Shown: piece after piece, positions 47,001 to 61,094 of the stretch
Layout of the letters: each line of letters starts with the position of its first letter
Position numbering within the stretch: position 1 is the stretch's first letter
NCBI RefSeq assembly: GCF_902713615.1
Contig: NC_052158.1
Coordinates: 40,973,729-41,037,728 of the forward strand
Direction: 5' to 3'
DNA length: 64,000 bases
Source: Scyliorhinus canicula
Taxonomy: Eukaryota
Made by a program: the position numbers and the translations under genes
Notes under the pieces: generated by a model
Database searches by the model: none
Told to the model about the DNA's origin: nothing
Seen by the model: only the letters and a program-made list of their open reading frames with translations

Positions 47001-47975
47001 TACCGCAAGGATCTGTTTTGGGGCACTGCTGTTTGTCATTTTTATAAATGACCTGGAAGAGGGTGTAGAAGGATGGGTTAGTAAATTTGCAGATGACACG
47101 AAGGTCGGTGGAGTTGTGAATAGTGCTGAAGGATGTTATAGGTTACAGAGGGACATAGATAAGCTGCAGAGCTGGGCTGAGAGGTGGCAGATGCAGTTTA
47201 ATGCAGAAAAGTGTGAGGTGGTTCACTTTGGAAGGAGTAACAGGAATGCAGAGTACTGGGCTAATGGCAAGATTCTTGGTAGTGTAGATGAACAGAGAGA
47301 TCTCGGCATCCAGGTACATAAATCCCTGAAAGTTGCCACCCAGGTTAATAGGGCTGTAAAGAAGGCATATTGTGTGCTAGCGTTTATCAGTCGGGGGATT
47401 GAGTTTCGGAGCCACGAGGTCATGATGCAGCTGTACAAAACTCTGATGCGGCTGCACCTGGAGTACTGCGTGCAGTTCTGGTCACCACATTATAGGAAGG
47501 ATGTGGAAGCTTTGGAAAGGGTTCAGAGGAGATTTACTAGGATGTTGCCTGGTATGGAGGGAAGGTCTTGCGAGGAAAGGCTCAGGGACATGAGGTTGTT
47601 TTCGTTAGAGAGAAGAAGGCTGAGAGGTGACTTAATAGAGATATATAAGATAGAGGGTTAGATAGGGTGGACAGTGAGAGTCTTTTTCCTCGGATGGTGA
47701 TGACCAACACGAGGGGACATAGCTTTAAATTGATGGGTGGTAGATATAGGACAGATGTCAGAGGCAGTTTCTTTACTCAGAGAGTAGTAGGGGTGTGGAA
47801 CGCCCTGCCTGCAACAGTAGTAGACTCGCCAACTTTAAGGGCATTTAAGTGGTCACTGGATAGACATATGGATGAAAATGGAATAGTGTAGGTCAGATAG
47901 GCTTCAGATGGTTTCACAGGTCGGTGCAACATCGAGGGCCGAAGGGCCCGTACTGCGCTGTAATGTTCTATGTTC
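44080..47975 (+). mobile_element. Near full-length CR1 with stops and frameshifts, downstream of the ZNF2 stop
   Basis: ORF1 pieces at 44094-45001, APE/RT pieces at 45110-47891, tail GTTCTATGTTC. Confidence 0.92.
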
Positions 47976-49808
47976 ACTTTTCCACTCTAACTCTTGAAGT
48001 TCATGCAAGCTGTTTTGCCGTAAGCAAGAATCCATTTCTGTATTATTTTGGAAGTTAAATTTTTTTATAAATTACTTCTCTTTAAGTAATTAAGCTAGCA
48101 AGACTTTATTGAGAATAGATTCAAGTTTCTCAATTGTAATCAAATAGAGGGAATAAAAGATTCTTATTTTCATCCGAGAAGTGTAACTCAAATTTCTACT
48201 GAGTTTTAGTGTTGCGAGACTTCACTCGAACCGCATGGTAGATCTCTACTGCACTGTCTGCCTCAGCAGTATCTGTCTCTGACCTCTTCAACGATCAGTC
48301 CAATTGTTTCAAGAAAGCCAATTGAACCTTTACCCTAATCGCCAAATGCCAAAATACATCTGTATGTATTGAATCTCCTGGATAAACTCAGCATCATTTC
48401 AGTGCAGGATCAGGTATAAGTCACTCACTGACTCTCACTCTGATAAAGAAGGCAATCAGTTACTGAATAGAATGGTCTCAGCTTCTGCTCTACCAGCACA
48501 AGCACCCAGGGAAGGAGCCATTCCTGGGATAGTAATGGAGGGATTTCAATTAGCTTTAACACGTAGAATCAGCCAGGAAACCTGTTCCTCAGCTGAACTT
48601 GGGAAGGGCAGGATGTGTCTCGGCTGTGACAATCTCCGTTGTCTGATAACATTCACTGTGTGGGTCTACACCTGAATGGCCACTCGAACAGAGCACTGGA
48701 GGACAATCAATATTCACAGTCTGTACTCCAGGTCAGTATCTTGAGGATTAGAGAGAATGTGAGATGATAAAGAGGATTTCAACTCTTCAAAAACAATTTG
48801 CTTTTCTATATCACCTGTAACATAGCAAAACATCACGAGGGTTTCATACCGACATTATCAGAGAAAAATTAACACTGAGTCAAAGAAAGAGATATTAGGG
48901 GATGTCACTGTGTCTCTGGGAGGCTTTCTTCAGCCACAGGAAGTAGGTGATTCAGGAGAATGTGTGTCAGGATTTTCTCTGCACAAGTGGGAAACACCTC
49001 AATAGTTTCAACAGCCAGATCTATCTCTCTTCTTGAAGATAGCTACTTGTCACATTCCTGAAGCGGGGAGAGGGGACTTATTTTTCCTCCGTGATCCATT
49101 GGATACATTTGTGGAGTTTTGATGTGAGCAGAAGTCCACCAGCTTTGAAGCAATCAGCTGGAATATCCATCCGGGTCTCAGGCTTTTTTGTTTTTCAGCG
49201 GTTTAATTATTTGGTACAGCTTGTCGCATGACGTACCCATGCATTCTCCCACAGGCACTGGGAGGATAGACCGAAGCGTATCAGCTGTCACTGTATTCAT
49301 GGTTGACGAATTGTTTTTTCTTAACATTGTCATGGTTAAGAAATGAAATATACTGTGAAAGCTGAGCTAGTGAACTGGGATACCAAGCCTGAGAATAGAT
49401 CAGTTGAGGAGCAGTGACAGACATTTAAGAGGATATTTTAGAATACTCGGAATAAGTATATTCCTTCAATAAATAAAAACTAATCACCCATGGTTAGTAA
49501 ATGAATTTAGAGAAAGCATCTAAAGTCGGGAAAGATGAGTAATAGGTCAGATAATTGGTCAGAATACAAACAATAACAGAGTATGACTGAAAGGTTAATC
49601 AGGAAAAAAAAAATTAAAGTACGAGAGGAAGCTAGCTAGAAATGTTAAAAACAGCTAGCAAGAGTTTCTGCTGGTATTTAGGAAGGAAGAGAATAAGTAA
49701 CACGAGTGTTGGTCTTCTTCCGAGAGTGGCAGTGGGCAGTTAATAGCAGATAATAAGGAAATAGCAGATGAAATGATCAAATATTTTGCTTTTGTCTTCA
49801 CTACAGAG

Positions 49809-52800
49809 AATAAGAACATAAGAACTAGAAGCAGGAGTAGGCCATCTGGCCCCTCGAGCCTGCTCCGCCATTCAATTAGATCGTGGCTGATCTTTTGTGG
49901 ACTCAGCTCCACTTTCCGGCCCGAACACCATAACCCTTAATCCCTTTATTCTTCAAAAAACTATCTATCTTTACCTTAAAAACATGTAATGAAGGAGCCT
50001 CAACTGCTTCACTGGGCAAGGAATTCCATAGATTCACAACCCTTTGGGTGAAGAAGTTCCTCCTAAACGCAGTTCTAAATCTACTTCCCCTTATTTTGAG
50101 GCTATGTCCCCTAGTTCTGCTGTCATCCGCCAGTGGAAACAACCTGCCCGCATCTATCCTATCTATTCCCTTCATAATTTTAAATGTTTCTATAAGATCC
50201 CCCCTCATCCTTCTAAATTCCAACGAGTACAGTCCCAGTCTACTCAACTTCTCCTCATAATCCAACCCCTTCAGCTCTGGGATTAACCTAGTGAATCTCC
50301 TCTGCACACCTCCAGCGCCAGTACGTCCTTTCTCAAGTAAGGAGACCAAAACTGAACACAATATTCCATGTGTGGCCGCACTAACACCTTATACCATTGC
50401 AACATAACCTCCCTAGTCTTAAACTCCATCCCTCTAGCAATGAAGGACAAAATTCCATTTGCCTTCTTAATCACCTGTTGCACTTGTAAACCAACCTTCT
50501 GTGACTCATGCACTAGCACACCCAAGTCTCTCTGAACAGCGGCATGCTTTAATATTTTATCGTTTAAATAATAATACCGTTTGCTGTTATTCCTACCAAA
50601 ATGGATAACCTCACATTTGTCAACATTGTATTCCATCTGCCAGACCCTAGCCCATTCACTTAACCTATCCAAATCCCTCTGCAGACTTCCAGTATCCTCT
50701 GCACTTTTCGCTTTACCACTCATCTTAGTGTCATCTGCAAACTTGGACACATTGCCCTTGGCCCCCAACTCCAAATCATCTATGTAAATTGTGAACAATT
50801 GTGGGCCCAACACGGATCCCTGAGGGACACCACTAGCTACTGATTGCCAACCAGAGAAACACCCATTTATCCCAACTCTTTGCTTTCTATTAATTAACCA
50901 ATCCTCTATCCATGCTACTACTTTACCCTTAATGCCAAGCATCTTTATCTTATGCAGCAACCTTTTGTGTGGCACCTTGTCAAAGGCTTTCTGGAAATCC
51001 AGATATACCACATCCATCGGCTCCCCGTTATCTACTGCACTGGTAATGTCCTCAAAAAATTCCACTAAATTAGTTAGGCATGTCCTGCCCTTTACGAACC
51101 CATGCTGCGTCTGCCCAATGGGACAATTTCTATCCAGATGCCTCGCAATTTCTTCCTTGATGATAGATTCCAGCATCTTCCCTACTACCGAAGTTAAGCT
51201 CACTGGCCTATAATTTCCTGCTTTCTGCCTACCTCCTTTTTTAAACAGTGGTGTCACGTTTGCTAATTTCCAATCCACCGGGACCACCCCAGAGTCTAGT
51301 GAATTTCGGTAAATTATCACTAGTGCATCTGCAATTTCCCTAGCCATCTCTTTTAGCACTCTGGGATGCATTCCATCAGGGCCAGGAGACTTGTCTACCT
51401 TTAGCCCCATTAGCTTGCCCATCACTCCCTCCTTAGTGATAACAATCCTCTCAAGGTCCTCACCTGTCATAGCCTCATTTCTATCAGTCGCTCGCATGTT
51501 ATTTGTGTCTTCCACTGTGAAGACCGACCCATAAAAACCTGTTCAGTTCCTCAGCCATTTCCTCATTTCCCATTATTAAAACTCCCTTCTCATCCTCTAA
51601 AGGACCAATATTTACCTTAGCCACTCTTTTTTGTCTTATATTTGTAAAAACTTTTACTGTCTGTTTTTATATTCTGAGCAAGTTTACTCTCATACTCTAT
51701 CTTACTCTTCTTTATAGCTTTTTTAGTAGCTTTCTGTTGCCCCCTAAAGATTTCCCAGTCCTCTAATCTCCCAGCAATCTTTGCCACTTTATATGCTTTT
51801 TCCTTCAATTTGATACTCTCCCTTATTTCCTTAGATATCCACGGTCGATTTTCCCTCTTTCTTCCGTCCTTCCTTTTTGTTGGTATAAACCTTTGCTGAG
51901 CACTGTGAAAAATCGCTTGGAAGGTTCTCCACTGTTCCTCAACTGTTCCACATAAAGTCTTAGCTCCCAGTCTACCTTAGCTAGTTCTTCTCTCATCCCC
52001 TTGTAATCACCTTTGTTTAAACACAAAACACTAGTATTTGATTTTACTTTCTCACCCTCCATCTGTATTTTAAATTCCACCATATTGTGATCGCTCCTTC
52101 CGAGAGGATCCCTAACTATGAGATCATGAATCAATCCTGTCTCATTACACAGGACAAGATCTAGGACCGCTTGTTCCCTCGTAGGCTCCATTACATACTG
52201 TTCTAGGAAACTATCGCGGATACATTCTATAAACTCCTCCTCAAGGTTGCCTTGACCGACCTGGTTAAACCAATCGACATGTAGATTAAAATCCCCCATG
52301 ATAACTGCTGTACCATTTCTACATGCATCAGTTATTTCTTTGTTTATTGCCTGCCCCACATATCGTTACTATTTGGTGGCCGATAGACTACTCCTATCAG
52401 TGACTTTTTCACCTTACTATTCCTGATTTCCACCCAAATGGATTCAACCTTATCCTCCATAGCACCAATGTCATCCCTTACTATTGCCCGGATGTCATCC
52501 TTAAATAACAGAGCAACACCACCTCCTTTACCATCCACTCTGTCCTTCCAAATAGTTTGATACCCTCGGATATTTAACTCCCAGCCGTGACCATCCTTTA
52601 ACCATGTTTCAGTAATGGCCACTAAATCATAGTCATTTACGATGATTTGTGCCATCAACTCATTTACTTTATTCCGAATACTACGAGCATTCAGGTAAAG
52701 TACACTTATGTTGGTTTTTTTACCTCTGTTTTGAATCTTAACATCTCCAGTTTTATTCCTTTTGTTATTACTGGGTCTATTCACTGAGCTCCCCTCAGTC

Positions 52801-54200
52801 ACTGTACCTTGTACTTTCGCTCTTTTAGATTTTTGACTATGTCTTCTCTGCCTTGCACTTTTCCCCTTACTTTCTTTTGCTTCTGTCCCTGTTTTACTAC
52901 CTTCCAACTTCCTGCATCGGTTCCCATCCCCCGCCACATTATTTTAAACCCTCCCCAACAGCTCTAGAAAACACCCCCCCAAGGACATCGGTTCCAGTCC
53001 TGCCCAGGTGCAGACCGTCCGGTTTGTACTGGTCCCACCTCCCCCAGAACCGGTCCTAATGCCCCAGGAATTTGAATCCCTCCCTCTTGCACCATCTCTC
53101 GAGCCACGCATTCATCCTATCTATCCTGACATTCCTACTCTGACTAGCTCGTGGCACTGGTAGCAATCCTGAGATTACTACCTTTGAGGTCCTACTTTTT
53201 AGTTTAACTCCAAACTCCCTGAATTCCGCTTGTAGGACCTCATCCCGTTTTTTACCTATATCGTTGGTGCCTATGTGCACCACGACAGCTGGCTGTTCAC
53301 CCTCCCCCCCAAGAATGTCCTGCAGCCGCTCCGAGACATTCTTGACCCTTGCATCAGGGAGGCAACATACCATCCTGGAGTCTCGATTGCGTCCACAGAA
53401 CCGCCTGTCTATTCCCCTTACGATCGAGTCCCCTATCACTATAGCCCTGCCATTTTTCTTCCTGCCCTGCTGTGCAGCAGAGCCAGCCACAGTGCCATGA
53501 ATCTTGCTGCTGCCTTCCCCTGGTGAGCCATCTCCCCCAACAGTATCCAAAGCGGTATATCTGTTTTGCAGGGAGATGACCGCAGGGGACACCTGCACTG
53601 CCTTCCTACTCTTGCTCTTTCTTTTGGTCACCCATTTTCTATCTCCCTCAGTAACCTTCACCTGCCGTGTGCCCAACTGCTAAACGTGCTATCCACGACC
53701 TCCTCAGCATCGCGGATGCTCCAAAGTGAGTCCATCCGCAGCTCCAGAGCCGTCAAGCGGTCTAACAAGAGCTGCAACTGAACACACTTCTTGCACGTGA
53801 AGGAGCCAGGGACAGTGGACGTGTCCCTGAGCTCCCACATCGCACACGAGGAGCATGACACGGGTCTGGGAACTCCTGCCATGTCTTAAACCCTTGGTAA
53901 ACTCAAACAACTAGAATTTCAAAATAAAAATAAATAAATTAGACAATGAAAAGAAAAAGAGAGACTACTTACCAGTCACTTACCAGGGTTAAAACGCACC
54001 TCCTCACACTCTGCACCGAATTACCTCACTGCACCAAATTACCAAGTTGCAATTCCCACTCTGGATGTGCCTCACTCACTCACCCACTCACTCACTCACC
54101 CAGGCTGTGTCTTCTTGACCATTCCTCATTACCTCACTGCACCAAATTACCAAGTTTCAATCCCCACTCTGGATGAGTCTCAATCCGGATGTGTCTCCTG
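49809..54200 (-). mobile_element. Full-length CR1 of a divergent subfamily, several frameshifts
   Basis: ORF1 53882-53056 (CSSC..CKKC, IGDS, HIGTND), APE 52937-51823, RT 51515-49903. Tail (TTCTTATG)n. ~48-bp repeat with ~108-bp period in the 5' UTR. Confidence 0.93.
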
Positions 54201-55876
54201 GAAAAGTCTGAAAAAGATTCCTGTAATCGTCATAAATCAGGAGGTGGGAGAGAGAAAGAAACTAGGTGAAATTACAATCACTAATAAAGCAAAACTGAGC
54301 AATTACGGGCTGATTAGTCTTCGTGTCCTGATTAACTTTATACTTGGGAATTAAAAGGGGAGGCTAATGAGCTACCTGCCAGTAGATGTGTGTTGGTTTT
54401 GATTTTCCGAACTTCATTGGATTCTGAAAAGATTCCATCACACTGGAAAGTAACAAGAAGGGATGGAGGCAGAAAACGGGGAGCCAAAGGCCAGTTTGCC
54501 TGAAGAAGGTTAGAATTGATCATGAAGGATGTTATAGCTGGGCACCTGGAATAACTCAAGGTGATTGGGAAGACTCAACATGGTCAGGGATAGGTCAATA
54601 GAGATGCAGTGCAAATATTTAAGAGAGTATTTCAAAATGTACAGAATTGATAAATTCTAATGACTAAGAAAAATTACAAAGGACAGATCGACCATCTGTG
54701 GTTAACTGGAAAGGTTAAAGATAGCATCAAAGGGTCAAAGCACAGAAAAGCAATAGATATAGGGGACTTAAGTCGGGGGCACAGAGAGGTGCTTGTATGG
54801 CCATGTAAGAAATTCCAGGATGGCATGTTCCTCCCTGGTGCCATGGTCGTGGATGTTTCAGAACAGAGCTTTCTGAAAGGGGAGGGTGGACAGCTAGAGT
54901 TTTTAGTACACATTTGTACTAATGACATCGGCAGGAAGAGTGATGCAGGGAGTTAAGTAGTAAGTTTTGAAAAACAGGACCACGAGGGTTGTAATCTTGG
55001 GAGTACTCCCTGTGCCACTTGCCAGGGAGGCTAGAAATAGAAAAATAGTGCAGCTAGACACATGGCTAAAGAGCTGGTGTAGGAGGAAGTGTTTCAGTTT
55101 TGTAGACCTTTGGGACCTCTTCCGGGGCAGGTGGGACCTGTACAAGAGGGCGAGTTTCATGTAAACTGGAGGGGCACCAATATCCTGGCCGGAAGGTTTG
55201 CTAGCTCGGGAGAGTTTAAACTGGTGTGGCATGAGGTTGGAAACCAGATCAGTAGGTTAGCAGGCGAAGTAACTGAGGGCGAGTTAGGTACTTGTGGATA
55301 AGGGTAAGAGTAGTCCTTGTGTGAACATGCTAAATTGGGGAAAGGCTAATAACAATACTTTTAGGCTGGAACTGAAGAATTTAGATTGGGGGTGACTGAG
55401 AGTAAATCAACATTTGACATGTGGGTGTCTTTCAAGTTAATTAGAATTTAGGACCGGCATGTTCCGATGAAGTTGAAGGGTAAGCATGGCAAGTTCCGGG
55501 AACCTTGGATAACGAGGGATATTGTGAGCCTAATCAAAAAGAAAAAGGAAGCAGTCGTAAGGTCTAGAAGGCTGAGAACGGACAAAGCCCTTGAAGAATA
55601 TAAAGAAAGTAGGAAGGAATTGAAGCAAGGAGTTAGGAGGGCTAAAAGGGTTATCAAATGCCCTTGGTAAACAGTATTAAAGAGAATTTCAAGGCATTTT
55701 ATACGTACATAAAAGAGCAAGAGAGTAGCGAGGGGAAGGGGACACCCAAGAACAGAGGAGGGAATCTATGCATGGAGCCAAAGGAAATGGACGAGATACT
55801 CTGCATCAGTATTCACCAAAGGGAAGGACTTTATAGATGATGAGTCTAGGGAAGAGTGTGGAGATATTCTGTGTTG

Positions 55877-56183
55877 TAGCACAGTGTTTAGCAGCGTTGC
55901 CTCAAAGTGCCGGGGACCAGCGTTCAATTCCTGGCTTAGGTCACTGTGCGGAGTATGCACATTCTCCCCGTGTCTGCATGGGTTTCCTCCAGGTGCTCCA
56001 GTTTCCTCCCACAGGTCCTCAAAGACGTGATTGTTAGGTGAATTGGATATTTTGAATTCGCCCTCAGTGTACCCGAACAGGTGCCGGAGTGTAGCGACTA
56101 GGGGATTTTCACAGTAACTTCATTGTACCGTTCATTGTACATTGTAAGCCTACTTGTGGCACTGATAAAGATTATTATTATTA
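55877..56183 (+). mobile_element. V-SINE, tail type B
   Basis: Head, V-domain, tail GATAAAGATTATTATT. Confidence 0.88.
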
Positions 56184-58719
56184 TGTCGATATCGAGCAGG
56201 AGGAAGTGTTGAGCATCTTATAATGCATTAAGGTAGATACATCTCCAGGGCTTGTTGAGATCTACCCCAGAATACTGAGGGAGGCAGGGGAGGAAATTGC
56301 TGGGACATTGACAGAAATCTTTGTATCCTCATTGGCGACATGTGATGTCCCAGAGGACAAGAATCGCCAATGTTTCTTTGTTTCAGAAGGGGAGCAGGGA
56401 TAATCCAGGAAATTATAGGCCGGTGAGCCTTATGTAAATGACAGGGAAATTATTGGAAAAGATTCTCGGGAACAGGGTTTACTCACATTTGGAAATAAAT
56501 GGATAATTAGCGATAAGCAGCATGGTTTTGTGAAGGGGAGGTTGTGTCTCACTAACTTGATCAGGTTTTTTGAGAAAGTGACGCAGATGATCGATGAAGG
56601 AAGGGCAGTGTATATTGCACTTCAGTAAAGCTTTGAAAGTCCCGCACGGCAGACTGGTACAAAAGGGGAAGTCACACGGGATCAGAGATGAGTTGGCAAG
56701 AACTGACTTGGTCATAGAAGACAGAAGTTAGAGATGGAAGAGTACTTTTTTGAATGGAAGGCTGTGACTCGTGGTGTTCCGCAGGAATCAGTGTTGGGAT
56801 CTTTGTTGTACGTAGTATATATAAATGATTTGGAAGAAAATGTAGCTGGTCTGATAAGACGTTTGCGGATGACACGCATATTGGTGGAGTTGTGGATAGT
56901 GAAGAGGATTGTCAGAGGATGCAGCAGGATATACATTGGTTGGAGACTTGGGCGGAGAAATGGCAGATGGAGTTTAATCCGGACAAATGTGAGGTAATGC
57001 ATTTTGGAAGGTCTAATTCAGGTGGGAAATATACGGTAAATGACAGAACCCTTAAGAGTATCGACAGGTAGAGGGATCTGGGTGTACAGGTCCACAGGTC
57101 ACTGCCTTCATCGGCCAGGCCATTAAGTATAAAAATTGGCAAGTCATGGTGCAGCTGTATCGAACCTTAGTTAGGCCACACTGGAATATAGCGTTAAATT
57201 CTGGTCGCCACACTATCAGAAGGATGTGGAGGCTCTGGAGGGGGTACAGAAGAGGGTTACCAGGATGTTGCCTGGTGTGGAGGGCATTAGTTATCAGGAG
57301 GGATTGGTTAAACTCGGTGTGTTCTCAGTGGAATGACGGAGGTTGAGGGGGCGATCTGATAAAAGTCAACAAAATTATGATGGGGCATGGACAGAGTGGA
57401 TGGTCAGAAGTTTTTTTCCTAGGACGGAGTCAATTACTAGGGTACATAGGTTTCAGGTGCCAGAGGCAAAGTTTAAAGAAGATGTGCGAGGGAAGTTTTT
57501 TTTATAGAGGGTAGTGGGTGCCTGGAACTCGCTGCCCGGAGGAGGTGGTGGAAGCAGGTATGGTAGTGACATTTAAGGGGCTTCTAGGATGGGAAGAGAG
57601 GGATACGGGCCCCGGAAATGTAGATAGGCAGCATGGACAGCGCAGGCTTGGAGGGCCGAAGGGCCTGTTCCTGTGCTGTACTTTTCTTTGTTCTTTGTTT
57701 TTTGTACAACATGGCACTTGTATCAGCTCCAGGTAATCATGGTCAACATGGTTTTGTGGAAGGGAATTCATGTTTAGCCACCTTATTTCAATTATTCGAG
57801 GAAGCAACATGTGCTGTGGATAAAGGGGAACCGGTGGATGTACTGTCCTTAAATTTCCAGAAGGCATTTGATAAAGTATCTCATCAAAGGTTATAATGGA
57901 AAATAAAAGCTCATGTTATTTGAGGGGGGGGGGGGGGGGGGGGGGTGAGACATATTGTCATGGATAGAAGATCGGCAAACTTACACGAAGCAGAGATTTA
58001 GGCATAAAACAGGAATTATACAGTAAATTACAGAACCCTTACCAGTATTAACAGGCAGAGAGATCTAACTGCACAGGTCCACAGATCACTGAAAATGGCA
58101 ACGCAGGTGGATAAGGTAGTCAAGAAGGCATAGGGCATGCTTGCCTTCATCAGTCGAGGTATTGAGTAAAAAATTGGCAAGTCATGCTGCAGCTCGATAG
58201 AACCTTAGTTAGACCACATTTGGAATATTGTGTACAATTTTGGTCACCATACTACCAGAAGGGTGTGGAGGCTTTAGAGAGAGTACAGAAGAGGTTTACC
58301 AGGATATTTCCTGGTCTGGAGGGTTTTAGCTATGGTGAGAGTTTGGATAAAGTCTGGTTGTTTTCACTAGAACGACGGAGATTGAGTGGTGACTTGGTAG
58401 TGGTTTACATAATTAAGTGGCATGGACAGAGTGAATAGTGAGACACTTTTTCCCAGGGTAGAAAAGTCAATTGCGAGGGGACATCAGTTTAAGGTGAGAT
58501 GAGGGGAGTGAGTGCCTGGAACGTGCTGCCCCCGGGGGAGGTGGTGGAAGGAGATACAATAGCAACATTCAAGAGGCACCTTGATGAATACATGAATAGA
58601 TGGGAATAGAGGGATACAGACCCCGGAAGTGGAAAAGGTTTTAGTTTAGACAGGATCATGATCGTTGTAGGCATGGACGGCCAAAGGGCCTGTTCCTGTT
58701 CTGTACTGTTCTTTGTTCT

Positions 58720-59139
58720 GTCAAAACAAACTTTAATTGAAACACAAATTTAACCACATTAACATAAAGGTAATCGCTTTGTAATTATCAGTTAAACAGT
58801 TCTCAAAAAAAGGAATAGCTTTAACTTATTATCTACATCTGCCACTAATTCCAATTAAGCAACCCATTTCAAATGCCACTTAGAAATAAAATTAACACAA
58901 CAGGTTTATTTGCGGTTTTCAGTGGCAATATATTTAGAGAGACCCTTTCGAGTAGATCGAGAACACTTCTTCCTTGTCACACGGCAAACTATTGTTCAAC
59001 TTAAATATTCTAGCAGACTGCAAAGCTACAGACAGGCATGGCTCCTCCCATTAATTACATCATCTGTATCCCACCAAGTTCCACGACCAACTGAGCTAGG
59101 ACTAGACATCACTTCCACATAAATTATCTACACCCCACA
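58720..59139 (-). mobile_element. Possible LTR fragment
   Basis: Minus strand starts TGTGGGGTG and contains AATAAA. The other end is not defined. Confidence 0.35.
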
Positions 59140-61094
59140 CTTCCGGTGGCGGCCATGGAAGAGTAGGTCGTGCATTCGGCAGCTCCCGTCTGGAACGGAC
59201 TCTCAGACCTTTTTTCAGGAGTTTTCACGGACTTTTTGGGGCAGATTGGTGAAGCGAACACTGCCAAAAGGATTCCCTCTCTGTTGTATGGGTAGCTGGA
59301 CCAGGAGTGGCCGGGTGAAGCGTTTAAGTCCCAACAGACAGAAACCTGCGGAGCAGGCGCCGAGGCACGGCATGGTGGCCGGTATAGACCAGGGTGCATG
59401 GGCGCAGTGGTCACAGGAGCAACAGGAGTTCCATAGGGGCTGCTTTGCTGATCTTAAAAAGGACATGCTGGCCCCGACGAAGGCATCAGTAGACCAAATG
59501 ATCACAACTTAGGCGACACAAGGGAAAGTGATTAAGGAGATGGAGAAAAAGCTATCCGACCATGAGGACGAGTTGGTCGTATTGGCCCTTAAGGTGGAGG
59601 CGCAGGATGACCTCCACAAGAAGTGACAGGAGAGGCTGGAGGACCTAGAAGACAGAACTTGAGAATTGTGGGCCTCCCCGAAGGTGTGGAGGGGTTGGAT
59701 GCGGGAGCATTTGTGTCCAAGATGCTGGAGACGCTGATAGGGACGGGGGTATTCTCTCGACCCCTGGAGCTGCACAGAGCCCTCGCAAGGAAGCCAAAGG
59801 CGAATGAACCGCTTCTCGGACAAGGAACTTGTCTTGCGGTGGGAAAAAAAAGAACAGAGCAGCAGGTGGAAGAACAGTATGATACACACCTACCAGGACC
59901 TGGGTGCGGAGCTGGCCAAGAGGCATGCTGGATTCAACCGGGTAAAGGCGACCCTCTTCAGCAAGGGGGTGAAATTTGGGATGCTACACCCAGCGAGGCT
60001 ATGGGTCACATACAGGGAACGGCATCACTATTTTGAGATGTGGACGAGGCGTGGTCATTTGTCAAACTGGACGCAAGTATCCTACAGAAAGGGAACTGTA
60101 GTGACATGTATGACCGACTGGTAGATAGGGACGACACCGTACTGGACGCAACAAGAAGGAAATGGGAGGACGACCTGGGGATGGAGATAGGGTGGGGACT
60201 CTGGAGCGAAGCACTGCATAGGGTCAACTCCACCTCCACGTGCGCAAGGCTCAGCCTGACGCAACTAAAAGTGGTACATAGAGCCCACTTAACGAGAAAC
60301 CGTATGAGTAGGTTCTTCCCGGAGGTAGAGGACAGATGTGAGCGGTGCCAAAGAGGCCCGGCCAACCACGCCCACATGTTCTGGTCTTGCCCCAGACTTG
60401 TGGAGTACTGGACAGCCTTCTTCGAGGCTATGTCCAAAGTGGTGGGGGTGAGGGTGGAGCCATGCCCGATAGTGGCGGTCTTCGGGGTTTCAGACCAGCC
60501 AGATCTATTCCTGGGGAGGAGGGCGGACGCCCTTGCCTTTGCCTCCCTGATCGTCCGCCGTAGAATCCTGTTTGGCTGGTGGTCAGCAGCACCGCCCAGA
60601 GCTGCAGACTGGCTGTCCGACCTCTCGGAATCTCTCCAAATGGAGAAAATCAAATTCGCCATCCGAGGGTCGGACAACGGCTTCCACAGAACGTGGGAGC
60701 CATTCATGCAATTTTTCCGGGACCTGTTTGTGGCCAACGTACAAGAGGAAGAATAGTCGGGTGGCCAAGAATCAGGGGAAAATGGACGGGAATCGGGGGA
60801 AGGTAGCCGGGAGGGGGGGGAGGGCTACGGGTTCGTTATGGGGGTTTGATGGCTAGCTAAGGCCCAAAACCAAACTGTAAATAAATGCCTATAAACATGT
60901 GCCTCGGCCATATTGGGGAATGTAAAATATGTATGCCGGCTAAAGGGGGGGGCGGCCACAGTTATTATTACGAAGATGCTTACCTGTAAATATACATGTT
61001 AATTTTTGCGTGTTTTTTTTTCTCTCTCTAATAATTTGTTATTTGTTCAATATAAAATATGAAAACTCAATGAAAAACATTTTTTTTTAAAAAG
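59140..61094 (+). mobile_element. Internally deleted L1-like LINE: 5' UTR plus ORF1 joined to the ORF2 C-terminus plus 3' UTR
   Basis: ORF1 remnants (RRQNLRIVGLPEGVEG, GVKFGMLHPARL). ORF 60040-60756 with CERC...HMFWSC. Junction ~60063. Confidence 0.85.

Larger units (their letters stand above)
30070..49065 (+). repeat. Copy 2 of the duplicated zinc-finger gene unit
   Basis: See the collinear blocks listed for copy 1. Confidence 0.85.
49330..58715 (+). mobile_element. Chain of old CR1 fragments (49330-49800 and 54215-58715; at least three elements)
   Basis: ORF1 esterase remnant at 54725-55225, RT remnants, 3' tails near 57690 and 58715. Confidence 0.75.

Noticed and set aside
60006-60737. 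243-aa antisense ORF over the L1 C-terminal domain, and similar antisense ORFs in CR1 copies
   Set aside because: Shadow ORFs of coding TE sequence with no recognisable motifs.
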